Below are positions 18,625-28,359 of a stretch of 64,000 bases of DNA, piece by piece (the stretch's first letter is position 1; each line of letters begins with the position of its first letter). The DNA is taken from positions 3,804 to 67,803 of the forward strand of contig CAIYAG010000045.1 of the NCBI GenBank assembly GCA_903924075.1, given 5' to 3'. The DNA is from an uncultured Bacteroidota bacterium (lineage in GTDB: Bacteria > Bacteroidota > Bacteroidia > Chitinophagales > Chitinophagaceae). Below the pieces are notes generated by a model that had not been told where the DNA came from, did no database searches, and worked only from the letters and a program-made list of their open reading frames with translations. The position numbers were made by a program, and so were the translations under genes.

Positions 18625-19327
18625 AATTCAAATATTATCAACAAGACCAATTGATCCTGATCAGATCAATGCCTCTAAAGAACTTGGCATTGATATAGAC
18701 TGCATCTCATTTATAGAAACTACAGCAATTGAAAATAACGAGTTAACAAAAAAAATCAAAGGGTTATTGGAAAGTAAAGCAACAGTTGTGTTCACGAGTA
18801 TGAATGCAATTGATGTAGTAGCAACCCATCTGTCAACAACAAAACCTGATTGGCGTATTTATTGCATGGGGGTTACAAGCAATCAATTGATCAAGCAATA
18901 TTTTGGAGAACATGCAGTTATAGGCACAGCTACCAATTCAGAAGACCTTGCAAAGTTGATCATAGCAGAAAAAAAATCAAATGAAATCAATTTTTTTTGT
19001 GGTGATCAACGTAGAGACGAATTGCCCAACATACTAAAAAGTAATGCTGTATTGGTAAATGAAATTGCAGTGTACCAGACCAAGGAAATAGAACAGAAAT
19101 TAAATAAAGCTTATGACGGAATTCTGTTTTTTAGTCCGAGTGCAGTAATAAGTTTTTTTCATTCAAACAGCTTACCCGAAAAAACAGTTGTTTTTTCAAT
19201 TGGCAAAACAACAGCAGCCACACTAGCTTCTAGAACAATTAACGAAATGGTGGTGGCAGATTTTCCAGGTAAAGTAAACCTTGTCAAGAAAATGTGGGGC
19301 CGTTTTTTGGGTCCAATTAAAAAGTAA
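18578..19327 (+). CDS. hemD: Uroporphyrinogen-III synthase (true start uncertain, possibly later)
   Basis: ILSTRP, VFTSMNA, VYQT, FFSPSAV, SIGKTTA; lies between hemC and hemB. Confidence 0.85.
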   Translation: MEDIQSPKKLGALQNRIQILSTRPIDPDQINASKELGIDIDCISFIETTAIENNELTKKIKGLLESKATVVFTSMNAIDVVATHLSTTKPDWRIYCMGVTSNQLIKQYFGEHAVIGTATNSEDLAKLIIAEKKSNEINFFCGDQRRDELPNILKSNAVLVNEIAVYQTKEIEQKLNKAYDGILFFSPSAVISFFHSNSLPEKTVVFSIGKTTAATLASRTINEMVVADFPGKVNLVKKMWGRFLGPIKK

Positions 19328-19359
19328 GAATCAGCTATCGTTCTAAAAAATATTATCAC

Positions 19360-20334
19360 ATGCACTTACAAAGAAGAAACAGAATTTTACGTCAATCTCC
19401 TGCAATCAGAGCAATGGTTCGTGAAACCTTACTTACCCCAAATGATTTTATAGTACCACTATTTATTGTGGAGGGAGAAAATCTGATTTCTGAGATTCCT
19501 TCTATGCCAGGGTATTTTAGACGCTCTCTAGATCAAACCATTAAAGAGGTAAAAGAGTTGTGGGCAATGGGTTTACAATCTGTATTGTTATTTGTAAAGT
19601 GTGATGATTCTTTGAAAGACAATCGAGGAACAGAAGCACTCAACCCGAATGGCTTGATGCAACGCAGCATCCGTGCCATTAAAGATGCAGTGCCAGAAAT
19701 GCTGATCATGACGGATGTTGCACTAGATCCTTTTTCAAGTTACGGTCACGATGGAATTGTAGAAAATCAGGAGATCCTGAACGACGCAACAGTGGAAGTT
19801 TTGGCTGCCATGAGTGTAAGTCATGCGCAGGCAGGAGCCGATTTTGTTGCACCAAGCGATATGATGGATGGAAGAATTGGCGCTATCCGTTTAGCATTGG
19901 AAGAAAATAACTTCACTAAAACTGGCATCATGAGCTATAGTGCAAAATATGCCTCTAGCTTTTATGGACCTTTCAGGGATGCCTTGGATAGTGCTCCTGG
20001 TTTTGGTGATAAGAAAACCTACCAGATGGATTATGCCAATCGTTCAGAAGCAATTAGGGAAACCCTGATGGATATAGAAGAAGGTGCTGATATAGTAATG
20101 ATCAAACCAGCCCTTTCTTATTTAGACATCATCCGCGAAATCAAAAACACGGTAGATGTTCCTGTTAGCGCTTATAATATCAGTGGTGAATACGCCATGA
20201 TCAAAGCTGCAGCCAAAATGGGTTGGATTGAAGAAGACAAAGCCATTTTAGAAACCCTGTTTTCCATTAAAAGAGCAGGGGCAGATCTAATAGCTAGCTA
20301 TTTTGCAAAAGACGCTGTTAGGTTGCTTGGATAA
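19360..20334 (+). CDS. hemB: Porphobilinogen synthase
   Basis: DVALDPFSSYGHDG, APSDMMDGRI, MSYSAKYAS, MIKP, AYNISGEY. Confidence 0.97.
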   Translation: MHLQRRNRILRQSPAIRAMVRETLLTPNDFIVPLFIVEGENLISEIPSMPGYFRRSLDQTIKEVKELWAMGLQSVLLFVKCDDSLKDNRGTEALNPNGLMQRSIRAIKDAVPEMLIMTDVALDPFSSYGHDGIVENQEILNDATVEVLAAMSVSHAQAGADFVAPSDMMDGRIGAIRLALEENNFTKTGIMSYSAKYASSFYGPFRDALDSAPGFGDKKTYQMDYANRSEAIRETLMDIEEGADIVMIKPALSYLDIIREIKNTVDVPVSAYNISGEYAMIKAAAKMGWIEEDKAILETLFSIKRAGADLIASYFAKDAVRLLG

Positions 20335-21279
20335 TTATTCCATCACTTTTTTCCAAAGTTCCGGTATGCGTTTGATCCATACCAACTCTCTTCTTTTGAG
20401 GGAGGCATCTTCAGCTGGATAGCCGAAATAGGTTTTTCCACCAGCTAATGAAGAAGGAACCCCGCTCTGTGCTAAAACCACTGCATTGGCTCCAATGGTG
20501 AGTGTTTTGCTTACGCCAACCTGCCCCCAGAGTGTAACCCCATCTTCAATAATGGTTCCTCCAGCGATTCCAACCTGTGCTGCAAACAAGCAATTTTTTC
20601 CTACTGTAGTATCGTGTCCGATATGCACCATATTATCCATCTTGGTTCCAAAACCAATTCTGGTTTCTGCTGTTACTCCACGATCGATGGTACATCCTGC
20701 ACCAATTTCTACATTGTCTTCGATCACTACATTGCCACAACTTTGCATGCGTTTAAACCAACTATCGCGATTCTTTTTTGTGTTATAATAAAATGCATCG
20801 CTACCTACTACAGTGCCTGCTTGAATTACTACATTGTCACCAATAATTGTCCCATCTAATAAACTAACATTCGGATAGATCACAGAATTTTTTCCGATCA
20901 CAACATCTTTACCAACAAAAACATTGGGCATGATAATGCTTCCTTCACCAATCATTAAATTATCACTGATCGATTTTTCTGCAGCAACAAATGGTTTGAA
21001 ATGGTTTACGATTTTCAAATAAGATTCAAATGGTTCTGCCACAACGAAAATTGTTTTTCCTTCTGGAACAACTACATCTTTCGTATTTATAATGATGAAA
21101 CTTGCTTCACTGTTCAAACAAGTATCGTAGTACTTTGGATGATCAACAAAAACAAGATCGCCCTTCATAACTTTGTGTATTTCGTTAATACCACTTATTT
21201 GCGCACTGCGATTACCCGATATTTCAGCACCAATCAAATCAGCCATCCATTCTACAGAAACAGGAGCAGGAAACTTCAT
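20335..21279 (-). CDS. lpxD: UDP-3-O-acylglucosamine N-acyltransferase, LpxD-like paralog
   Basis: Hexapeptide repeats, TIDRG, KMDNMVHIGH; likely ATG at 21279 (MKFPAP). Confidence 0.85.
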   Translation of the reverse strand: MKFPAPVSVEWMADLIGAEISGNRSAQISGINEIHKVMKGDLVFVDHPKYYDTCLNSEASFIIINTKDVVVPEGKTIFVVAEPFESYLKIVNHFKPFVAAEKSISDNLMIGEGSIIMPNVFVGKDVVIGKNSVIYPNVSLLDGTIIGDNVVIQAGTVVGSDAFYYNTKKNRDSWFKRMQSCGNVVIEDNVEIGAGCTIDRGVTAETRIGFGTKMDNMVHIGHDTTVGKNCLFAAQVGIAGGTIIEDGVTLWGQVGVSKTLTIGANAVVLAQSGVPSSLAGGKTYFGYPAEDASLKRRELVWIKRIPELWKKVME

Positions 21280-21587
21280 AACTGTGTTTTTTGTGAAAAT
21301 CAAAGGTAATGGCTAGTGCAAAGCAGAAATTTTTTTTCGTTAAAAATGACCGTTTCAAGCAAAGATTTTAAGGTTTCCTTGATGATTCAAATCTTGTTCA
21401 ATTCTTACCACTCGTTTTTTGCAAACTGCTGAAACCCTTTATTCATCATTGTTTCAGCGGTTTGTGTTTTTTATACTGCTGTTTTTACTTTATTAAACTG
21501 CTAATTTTAATGCGCATAAAAGCGTCTGAAAAGGGGCTGGAATTCACAACCTGCTTGAAAATGTTAATAAAATTGTTTAAAAAAATT

Positions 21588-21618
21588 TTTGCATTAGATA
21601 AAAGGTTTTTTAATATTG
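21588..21618 (+). promoter_or_regulatory. Candidate promoter: -33 TTTG (21588-91), 19-nt spacer, -7 TAATATTG (21611-18)
   Basis: Bacteroidota consensus with one mismatch and correct spacing. Confidence 0.5.
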
Positions 21619-21622
21619 TGTA

Positions 21623-21696
21623 AGGAAATTCAATTTCCTGGTACTTACTAACCCATCCATATACAAAGTCTCGCTTCTGCGGGACTTTTGTTTTTT
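21623..21696 (+). ncRNA. Candidate ~75-nt small RNA or attenuated leader
   Basis: 5' hairpin AGGAAAT-TCA-ATTTCCT, single-stranded middle, 3' terminator hairpin with U-tract; promoter just upstream. Confidence 0.4.
21665..21696 (+). terminator. Intrinsic terminator abutting the pseudouridine synthase ATG
   Basis: AAAGTCTCGC-TTCT-GCGGGACTTT then TGTTTTTT. Confidence 0.7.
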
Positions 21697-22287
21697 ATGA
21701 ATTACTACTTCCAACTATACAAACCTTATCAAGTACTTTCTCAATTTTCACCCGAAGAAGGCAAGCAAACTTTAGCCGATTTTTTTGATGTACCCAAAGA
21801 CGTTTATCCTGTTGGAAGATTAGATTATGATAGTGAAGGTTTGCTTTTACTCACGAACGATAAACAATTAAATCATCGATTACTGCATCCTACATTTTTA
21901 CACCAAAGAAGTTATTGGGTGCAAGTTGATGGAGCAATCAATGAAAATGCGATCAATGATTTATCAAATGGTGTTGACATCAACCTTGATGGAAAAATCT
22001 ATCGCACCAAAAAGGCAATTGCAAAAATTTTTGAAACTGATCCCATCGTTCCAGAAAGAAATCCACCCATCAGATTTAGAAAAGAAATTCCTGCACCTTG
22101 GATCGAACTCATCTTAACCGAAGGAAAAAATAGACAGGTCAGAAAGATGACTGCAAAAGTTGGATTCCCCACTTTGCGTTTAATTAGAAATAGTATCGAA
22201 GACATTCGTTTAAATAATATGCAACCCGGTGAAATGATTGCATTAACCGAACAGGAGATTTACCAAAAACTCTTTCATAGAAAATAG
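21697..22287 (+). CDS. rluE: rRNA pseudouridine synthase, RsuA/RluE family
   Basis: YKPYQVLSQF, VGRLDYDSEGLLLLTND, LTEGKNRQVRKM; no S4 domain; likely ATG at 21697. Confidence 0.8.
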   Translation: MNYYFQLYKPYQVLSQFSPEEGKQTLADFFDVPKDVYPVGRLDYDSEGLLLLTNDKQLNHRLLHPTFLHQRSYWVQVDGAINENAINDLSNGVDINLDGKIYRTKKAIAKIFETDPIVPERNPPIRFRKEIPAPWIELILTEGKNRQVRKMTAKVGFPTLRLIRNSIEDIRLNNMQPGEMIALTEQEIYQKLFHRK

Positions 22288-22338
22288 GTTGCATACTGCT
22301 TTATTTAGCCAACCCTTGTCAACCTGCCCAACATGCGT

Positions 22339-22346
22339 TAATTTTG
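22339..22346 (+). promoter_or_regulatory. -7 box TAATTTTG of lysS
   Basis: Exact consensus; TTG 20 nt upstream. Confidence 0.55.
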
Positions 22347-22368
22347 CCCGCTCTAAGCAATTAATATT

Positions 22369-23916
22369 ATGAGTTTATCCCACTTGTCTGAACAAGAAAT
22401 CATTCGTCGTGAAAAAATGGCGAAAATGCAAGAAGCTGGAATTGATCCGTTTCCTGCACCCTTGTACCCGGTTTCGCACTTTTCTACCGATATCAAAGAA
22501 AATTATACCGAAGAGACCAAAGAACAGTATGCCCATGTTTGTGTGGCTGGCCGTATCATGAGTATCAACGATAAGGGTAAGGTATTGTTCATTAAGATCC
22601 AGGATAGCAAGGGCATTATTCAACTCTATGTAAAGAGAGATGATATTTGCCCAGATGAAGACAAGACTTTTTGGGATGTAGTAATTAAAGGTGGTCTCGA
22701 TTTGGGAGATATCATCGGCGTTACCGGCTATGGCTTTATCACCAAAACCGGCGAAACCTCGATCCATACCCAAACCTTAACCCTACTTACCAAATCACTG
22801 AAACCACTTCCTGTGGTAAAACGCGATGAGGAAGGAAATGTGTTTGATGCTGTAACCGACCCCGAGTTTCGTTATCGCCAGCGTTATGCCGACCTGATCA
22901 TCAATCCGGATGTAAAAGAGACTTTCGTGAAGAGAACCAAGCTGGTGAACACCATCCGCGAGTTCTTGAATGCGCAAGGTGCTTTGGAAGTTGATACACC
23001 AGTGTTGCAAAGCATTCCTGGTGGCGCTGCTGCCCGTCCGTTTATTTCGCACCACAATGCCCTCGATATACCATTGTACCTCCGTATTGCCAACGAATTA
23101 TACTTAAAGCGTTTGATTGTAGGAGGATTTGACTGGGTATACGAGTTCAGCAGAAACTTCCGGAACGAAGGAATGGATCGCACACACAACCCAGAATTCA
23201 CCGTTTTGGAGTGGTACACTGCCTACAAAGATTATTTCTGGATGATGGAAACTACCGAGCAATTATTCGAAAAAATTGCTTTGAGTTTACACGGAACAAC
23301 AGATGTGGTATTGGGCGATAAGATCATCAATTTTAAAGCACCATACAGACGTATCAGCATATTAGATGCCATCAAAGAAAATACAGGTATCGACGTAAGT
23401 GGTATGGATGAAGCTGGTTTGAGAGATGTGTGTAAGCAATTGAATATCTCCGTTCCAAATAATATTGGTAAGGGTAAATTAATTGATGAATTGTTCGGCG
23501 AAACAAGTGAACACACTTATATACAGCCAACATTCATTATTGATTATCCTGTGGAGATGAGTCCGCTTACCAAAAAACACAGAAGTAAACCAGGCTTAGT
23601 GGAAAGATTTGAATTGATGGTGAATGGTAAAGAAATTGCCAACGCTTATTCTGAACTAAACGATCCAATTGATCAGCGCGAACGTTTCGAAGAACAAGCG
23701 AAACTGATGGAAAGAGGAGATGATGAAGCAATGTTTATAGATTATGATTTCTTAAGGGCTTTGGAATATGGTATGCCACCAACATCAGGTATCGGGATCG
23801 GAATTGATCGTTTGTGTATGATGATGACCAATCAGGTTTCCATTCAAGACGTTTTATTGTTCCCTCAAATGCGTCCTGAAAACAATGGCTCCGATGCACC
23901 ACAAGAAATAAAATAA
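22369..23916 (+). CDS. lysS: Lysine--tRNA ligase (class II)
   Basis: RYRQRY, GGAAARPF, FRNEGMDRTHNPEF, RFELM, EYGMPPTSGIGIGIDRL. Confidence 0.97.
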   Translation: MSLSHLSEQEIIRREKMAKMQEAGIDPFPAPLYPVSHFSTDIKENYTEETKEQYAHVCVAGRIMSINDKGKVLFIKIQDSKGIIQLYVKRDDICPDEDKTFWDVVIKGGLDLGDIIGVTGYGFITKTGETSIHTQTLTLLTKSLKPLPVVKRDEEGNVFDAVTDPEFRYRQRYADLIINPDVKETFVKRTKLVNTIREFLNAQGALEVDTPVLQSIPGGAAARPFISHHNALDIPLYLRIANELYLKRLIVGGFDWVYEFSRNFRNEGMDRTHNPEFTVLEWYTAYKDYFWMMETTEQLFEKIALSLHGTTDVVLGDKIINFKAPYRRISILDAIKENTGIDVSGMDEAGLRDVCKQLNISVPNNIGKGKLIDELFGETSEHTYIQPTFIIDYPVEMSPLTKKHRSKPGLVERFELMVNGKEIANAYSELNDPIDQRERFEEQAKLMERGDDEAMFIDYDFLRALEYGMPPTSGIGIGIDRLCMMMTNQVSIQDVLLFPQMRPENNGSDAPQEIK

Positions 23917-23975
23917 GATTAACAATTTCGAACGCTACACTATTGACATAGTAGTTTTTTTTGAATATATTTGAT

Positions 23976-24010
23976 AACCCCTGTTTCGAATAAAACAGGG
24001 GTTTCTTTTA
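23976..24010 (+). terminator. Intrinsic terminator downstream of lysS
   Basis: 11-bp stem AACCCCTGTTT/AAACAGGGGTT, 6-nt loop, then TCTTTTA. Confidence 0.7.
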
Positions 24011-24025
24011 TTTAAAACTAACTAT

Positions 24026-26758
24026 ATGATCAAAATCAAATTCCTCGCAATCTGCTTGTTTGCATTGATCTGCTCAGCGAACAGTCAGACTACCAAACCT
24101 ACTACCAGTGCCCCCCAATATGTTACGCAGGTGGAAGGCATCAAAGAATACAAACTGAACAATGGTTTGAAAATTCTTTTTTTACCGGATAATTCGCAGA
24201 ATAACGTGGTAGTGAATATTGTGTATCTGGTTGGCTCTCGCCACGAAGGATATGGCGAAAGTGGTATGGCACACTTGTTAGAGCACATGATGTTCAAGAC
24301 ATCAAAACGTTACAAAGAAATCAAAAAAGCCATTGCTGATAAGGGCGCAGAAGCAAATGGAACAACCTGGTACGACAGAACCAATTACTATGAAGTAATG
24401 CCTGCCAGCGACGATAATTTGAAATGGGCATTAGACATGGAATCTGATCGGATGGTGAATAGTCAGATCTTAAAGGAGGAATTAAAAACAGAATTCAGTG
24501 TAGTAAGAAACGAATTTGAATCTGGCGAAAATGATCCTAGCGGCGTTTTAGAAGAGCGTGTTATTGCAAGCGGGTACTTATGGCATAACTACGGTAAATC
24601 AACCATTGGAAGTAAAGAAGATATTGAAAGAGTACCGGTTGATAATCTTCGTGCATTCTATAAAAAATATTATCAGCCAGATAACGCTGTATTGATGGTA
24701 GCAGGCAAATTCGATGAAGCAAAAGCGCTTGCTTGGATCCAGCAATTTTATAGCAATATTCCAAAACCAACTAGGGTTTTACAACCTACCTATACAGTAG
24801 AACCCGTGCAAGATGGTGAGCGTTTTGTAGAATTGAAAAGAGTAGGAGATATTCAATATCTGGGAATGATGTATCACACGCCTGCATATTCTGATAAAGC
24901 ATATGCAGCCAACCAGGCACTTTTAAATATTTTAACCAATAACCCATCTGGAATTTTATACAAAGCGCTGGTTGAAAAAAAATTAGCAACCAGTGTTGAT
25001 CAGGAGTTATTAGCATTGCAAGATCCAGGCTTTACTTATTTTCAGGCAGAAGTTCCTAAAGAAAAAAGTATTGATTCTGCAAAGACCGTTTTTCTTTCCA
25101 CGCTCGACAATCTAGGCACAACAACTATTACAGCTGAAGAATTGGAAAGGGCAAAAAATGCGTTGATCAAAAGAAACGAGAATATTACCAATAACACCAT
25201 TGGTTTTTGTGTTAATCTTACAGAAGCTATAGGTGCAGGCGACTGGAGATTATTTTTCATCAATCGTGATTGGGTAGAAAAGTTAACGCTTGCAGACGTG
25301 CAAAATTTTGCGAAAACTTATTACAAGCCGTCTAATAGAACCTGGGGTATGTTTATTCCCGACAAAAATCCTGATCGTGTGAAAGTTGCTGGTACAGGTG
25401 ATATCACAGCAATGGTAACAGATTACAAAGGCAAGGAAGTAAAAAAACAAACAGAAACCTTTGAAACAAGTATTGCTAATATTAAAAAGAATACCCAATA
25501 TAAAAAGTTATCGAATGGATTTAAATATGCCTTACTGAAGAAACCAGCAAAGGGAGAAAAGATTATCGGAAACTTTAACCTACGTGTTGGTAATGAAAAA
25601 AGTCTCGAAAATAAAGACGTGATCATTAGCCTCACTGCTGCAATGTTGCGAAATGGCACCAAGACCTTGAACAAAAAACAATTAAACGATTCTCTTGATA
25701 AGATCAAATCTCAGATCAATATCGGAGGTAATGGGCAGGTAGTTACTATTAACATCAATACCGATAAGCCACATTTCAGTGCCTGTATGAATTTGCTCAA
25801 AGAGATCATTAGTAATCCTTCTTTTGATCAAAATGAGCTTGATAAATTGATTGCTCAAAACAAAGCATCGCTTGATGCAAATAGAAACGACCCGCAGTAT
25901 CGTGCATCTGTTTTAGCTTCTCAAAAAACCGAACGCTATCCTAAAGGAAGTATCTATCATACCATGGATGCAGATGAAGAAACTGCTGCTTTGAATCAGT
26001 TGAAAAAATCTGATTTAGAAAATTTCTATACAAGTCATTATGGCGCCAATAATGGTACTGGTGCATTAGTAGGTGAGTTTGTTACAGAAGAAGCAGATAA
26101 AGCAATTAGTTCTGTTTTTCAAACATGGGTTTCAAAAACAAATTTTACAAGAATTCCGCGCCAACATTTTGATGTTGCTGGTAGTGATGAAACCATACTT
26201 ACGCCAGATAAAGCAAATGCAATGGCATTGGGCTTTATGAATATTGCAATGACCGATACAGACGCAGATTATCCAGCCCTTACCATGGCCAATGAATTGT
26301 TAGGTGGCGGTGCTTTTCTTTCTTCACGTATTCCAAAACGTTTGAGAGAAAGCGAAGGAATGAGTTATGGTGCAGGATCTTTTTTCCAGGCATCTAGCGT
26401 AGATAAAACTGCAAAATGGGGTGTATATGCCATCTTTAATCCCATTTATAAAAACCGTTTAGACAGTGCCTTGAAACAAGAAATAGCCAAAGCAATTGAC
26501 AAAGGTTTTACAGAAGATGAATTAAAGAAATCAACCGATAGCTGGTTACAAGGCCGCAAGATCACACTAGGTGTTGATGGTCAGTTAGCTGGTTTATTAG
26601 AGTCCTATCTTTATATCAATCGCGACCTAACCTGGTACACCGATCAAGAGAAGAAAGTAACTGCGCTAAAGCTTGCAGAAGTTAATCAAGCCCTAGTAAA
26701 ATACATTGATCCTAAAAAATTGGTTCTAGTATACGGCGGAGACTTCAACAAAAAATAA
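24026..26758 (+). CDS. Exported M16 zinc protease (PqqL-like)
   Basis: Signal peptide, AHLLEH (HxxEH), NGTTWYDRTNY, second half RLRESEGMSYG. Confidence 0.9.
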   Translation: MIKIKFLAICLFALICSANSQTTKPTTSAPQYVTQVEGIKEYKLNNGLKILFLPDNSQNNVVVNIVYLVGSRHEGYGESGMAHLLEHMMFKTSKRYKEIKKAIADKGAEANGTTWYDRTNYYEVMPASDDNLKWALDMESDRMVNSQILKEELKTEFSVVRNEFESGENDPSGVLEERVIASGYLWHNYGKSTIGSKEDIERVPVDNLRAFYKKYYQPDNAVLMVAGKFDEAKALAWIQQFYSNIPKPTRVLQPTYTVEPVQDGERFVELKRVGDIQYLGMMYHTPAYSDKAYAANQALLNILTNNPSGILYKALVEKKLATSVDQELLALQDPGFTYFQAEVPKEKSIDSAKTVFLSTLDNLGTTTITAEELERAKNALIKRNENITNNTIGFCVNLTEAIGAGDWRLFFINRDWVEKLTLADVQNFAKTYYKPSNRTWGMFIPDKNPDRVKVAGTGDITAMVTDYKGKEVKKQTETFETSIANIKKNTQYKKLSNGFKYALLKKPAKGEKIIGNFNLRVGNEKSLENKDVIISLTAAMLRNGTKTLNKKQLNDSLDKIKSQINIGGNGQVVTININTDKPHFSACMNLLKEIISNPSFDQNELDKLIAQNKASLDANRNDPQYRASVLASQKTERYPKGSIYHTMDADEETAALNQLKKSDLENFYTSHYGANNGTGALVGEFVTEEADKAISSVFQTWVSKTNFTRIPRQHFDVAGSDETILTPDKANAMALGFMNIAMTDTDADYPALTMANELLGGGAFLSSRIPKRLRESEGMSYGAGSFFQASSVDKTAKWGVYAIFNPIYKNRLDSALKQEIAKAIDKGFTEDELKKSTDSWLQGRKITLGVDGQLAGLLESYLYINRDLTWYTDQEKKVTALKLAEVNQALVKYIDPKKLVLVYGGDFNKK

Positions 26759-26780
26759 ATTAAACAAAATACTATCCACA

Positions 26781-26814
26781 AAAAAGGCTGCAGAAAAATC
26801 TGCAGCCCTTTTTT
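26781..26814. terminator. Bidirectional terminator between convergent M16 and M20 genes
   Basis: AAAAA-GGCTGCAGA-AAAA-TCTGCAGCC-C-TTTTTT. Confidence 0.85.
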
Positions 26815-26867
26815 ATTTACCCTCTTTAAAACATTGATTGTCCATTTTTCACTTTTCACTTCTTCTT

Positions 26868-28346
26868 CTAGTCTCTATAATTCAGTGCCGGCTTCCGATC
26901 ACCAAGCAAGGCTTTATATTTATAATCACCCACACTAGTTTTGAATTCATCTTTTGCTTTCTGCACAAGTGATGGATTGGTATACAGATCGATCGCCATT
27001 AACGCCATTGTTTTCGCAGCAACCATCATACCCTTTGTTCCTATTTCAGTGCCATCACAAGCAACGGCCTGCCAGCTATGTGCCGGTGTTCCCGGAATCC
27101 ATGTAGCAGTTGAGATCCCAACTGTTGGTACAGCATAGCTAACATCTCCAACATCTGTAGAACCTTGTCCGGCTTGTTTATCCGTTGTTTTTTTCAGAGG
27201 TTCAATACTTGCTGCTTTTTCTATTGCTGGGGCTTTAAATGTTAAACTTGATTGTAACTTTTTTCCGAAAGCAATTTCATCAGGCGTATAATTTACACCT
27301 CCAACTTTTTCAAGATTCACTTGCATCGCTTCTCCTAGTGTTTGATTGATCAATAGATCATGTGTGCCTCCAATGATCTCATAGTCCATCGTAGTTTCAG
27401 TTCCTAGTGCAGCACCCTTCGCTGTTTTTACCAGGCGTTCAAAAATAGAAACCACTTGTTCTCTTTGCGGATGACGTACATAATAAAATACTTCTGCATA
27501 ATCCGGAACCACATTGGGTGCTTTTCCACCATTAGTTATTACATAATGAATTCTGGTTTCCTGAGGAATATGTTCGCGCATCATGTTGGCCATATAGTCC
27601 ATCGCTTCTACTGCATCTAAAGCAGAGCGACCTTTTTCGGGCGACATAGAAGCGTGTGCCGATAAACCATGAAAGCGAAATTTAGCAGAAGTATTTGCCA
27701 ATGCACTGATCATGGTTACTTCATTAACATCTCCTGGATGCCAGTGTACTGCAACATCAACATCATTAAATAAACCAGCACGTACCATATACACTTTACC
27801 GCTGCCGCCTTCTTCTGCTGGGCATCCGAATACTTTGATCGTTCCTGTAAACTTTTTAGATTCGATCAGTTGTTTGATCTCAATACCTGCAGCTACTGAT
27901 GCAGTTCCAAACAAATTATGTCCACATCCATGCCCCGCATCTTTTCCTGCTATACCTGATTTTTCTGGAACTGCATTTTGTGCAAGTCCTGGTAATGCAT
28001 CATACTCAGCCAGTATACCAATCACTGGTTTGCCAGTACCGTATGTTGCAACAAATGCAGTGGGTATTTCTGCCACACCTGCCTGAACAGTAAAGCCAGC
28101 ATCTTTTAAAGTCTGTTGCAATAACAAAGAGCTCTTTGTTTCCTTATATCCCACTTCTGCATAATTCCAGATCTGCAAAGCCACATCTTTATAGCCACTG
28201 TAACCTGCTTGAATCTCTTGTATGGCTTGCGTTTTTAAAACGTCCACTGGATTTACTGCTGCGGTTTTTGTTTTTGCTTTCTGTGCAAATAATAATCCTG
28301 TTGCAAGGCATAGGGCACTTGCAGTAACAATCTTTTGTACACTCAT
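26868..28346 (-). CDS. Exported M20 amidohydrolase, AbgB-like
   Basis: Likely ATG at 28346 with signal peptide; LAEYDALPG, GHGCGHN, PAEEGG, HWHP, GSTDVGDVS. Confidence 0.85.
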   Translation of the reverse strand: MSVQKIVTASALCLATGLLFAQKAKTKTAAVNPVDVLKTQAIQEIQAGYSGYKDVALQIWNYAEVGYKETKSSLLLQQTLKDAGFTVQAGVAEIPTAFVATYGTGKPVIGILAEYDALPGLAQNAVPEKSGIAGKDAGHGCGHNLFGTASVAAGIEIKQLIESKKFTGTIKVFGCPAEEGGSGKVYMVRAGLFNDVDVAVHWHPGDVNEVTMISALANTSAKFRFHGLSAHASMSPEKGRSALDAVEAMDYMANMMREHIPQETRIHYVITNGGKAPNVVPDYAEVFYYVRHPQREQVVSIFERLVKTAKGAALGTETTMDYEIIGGTHDLLINQTLGEAMQVNLEKVGGVNYTPDEIAFGKKLQSSLTFKAPAIEKAASIEPLKKTTDKQAGQGSTDVGDVSYAVPTVGISTATWIPGTPAHSWQAVACDGTEIGTKGMMVAAKTMALMAIDLYTNPSLVQKAKDEFKTSVGDYKYKALLGDRKPALNYRD

Positions 28347-28359
28347 AAATCGGTAATGT

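Noticed and set aside
22333-22341. Mini-ORF ATG CGT TAA upstream of lysS
   Set aside because: No Lys codons, and it overlaps the -7 box so is probably not transcribed.
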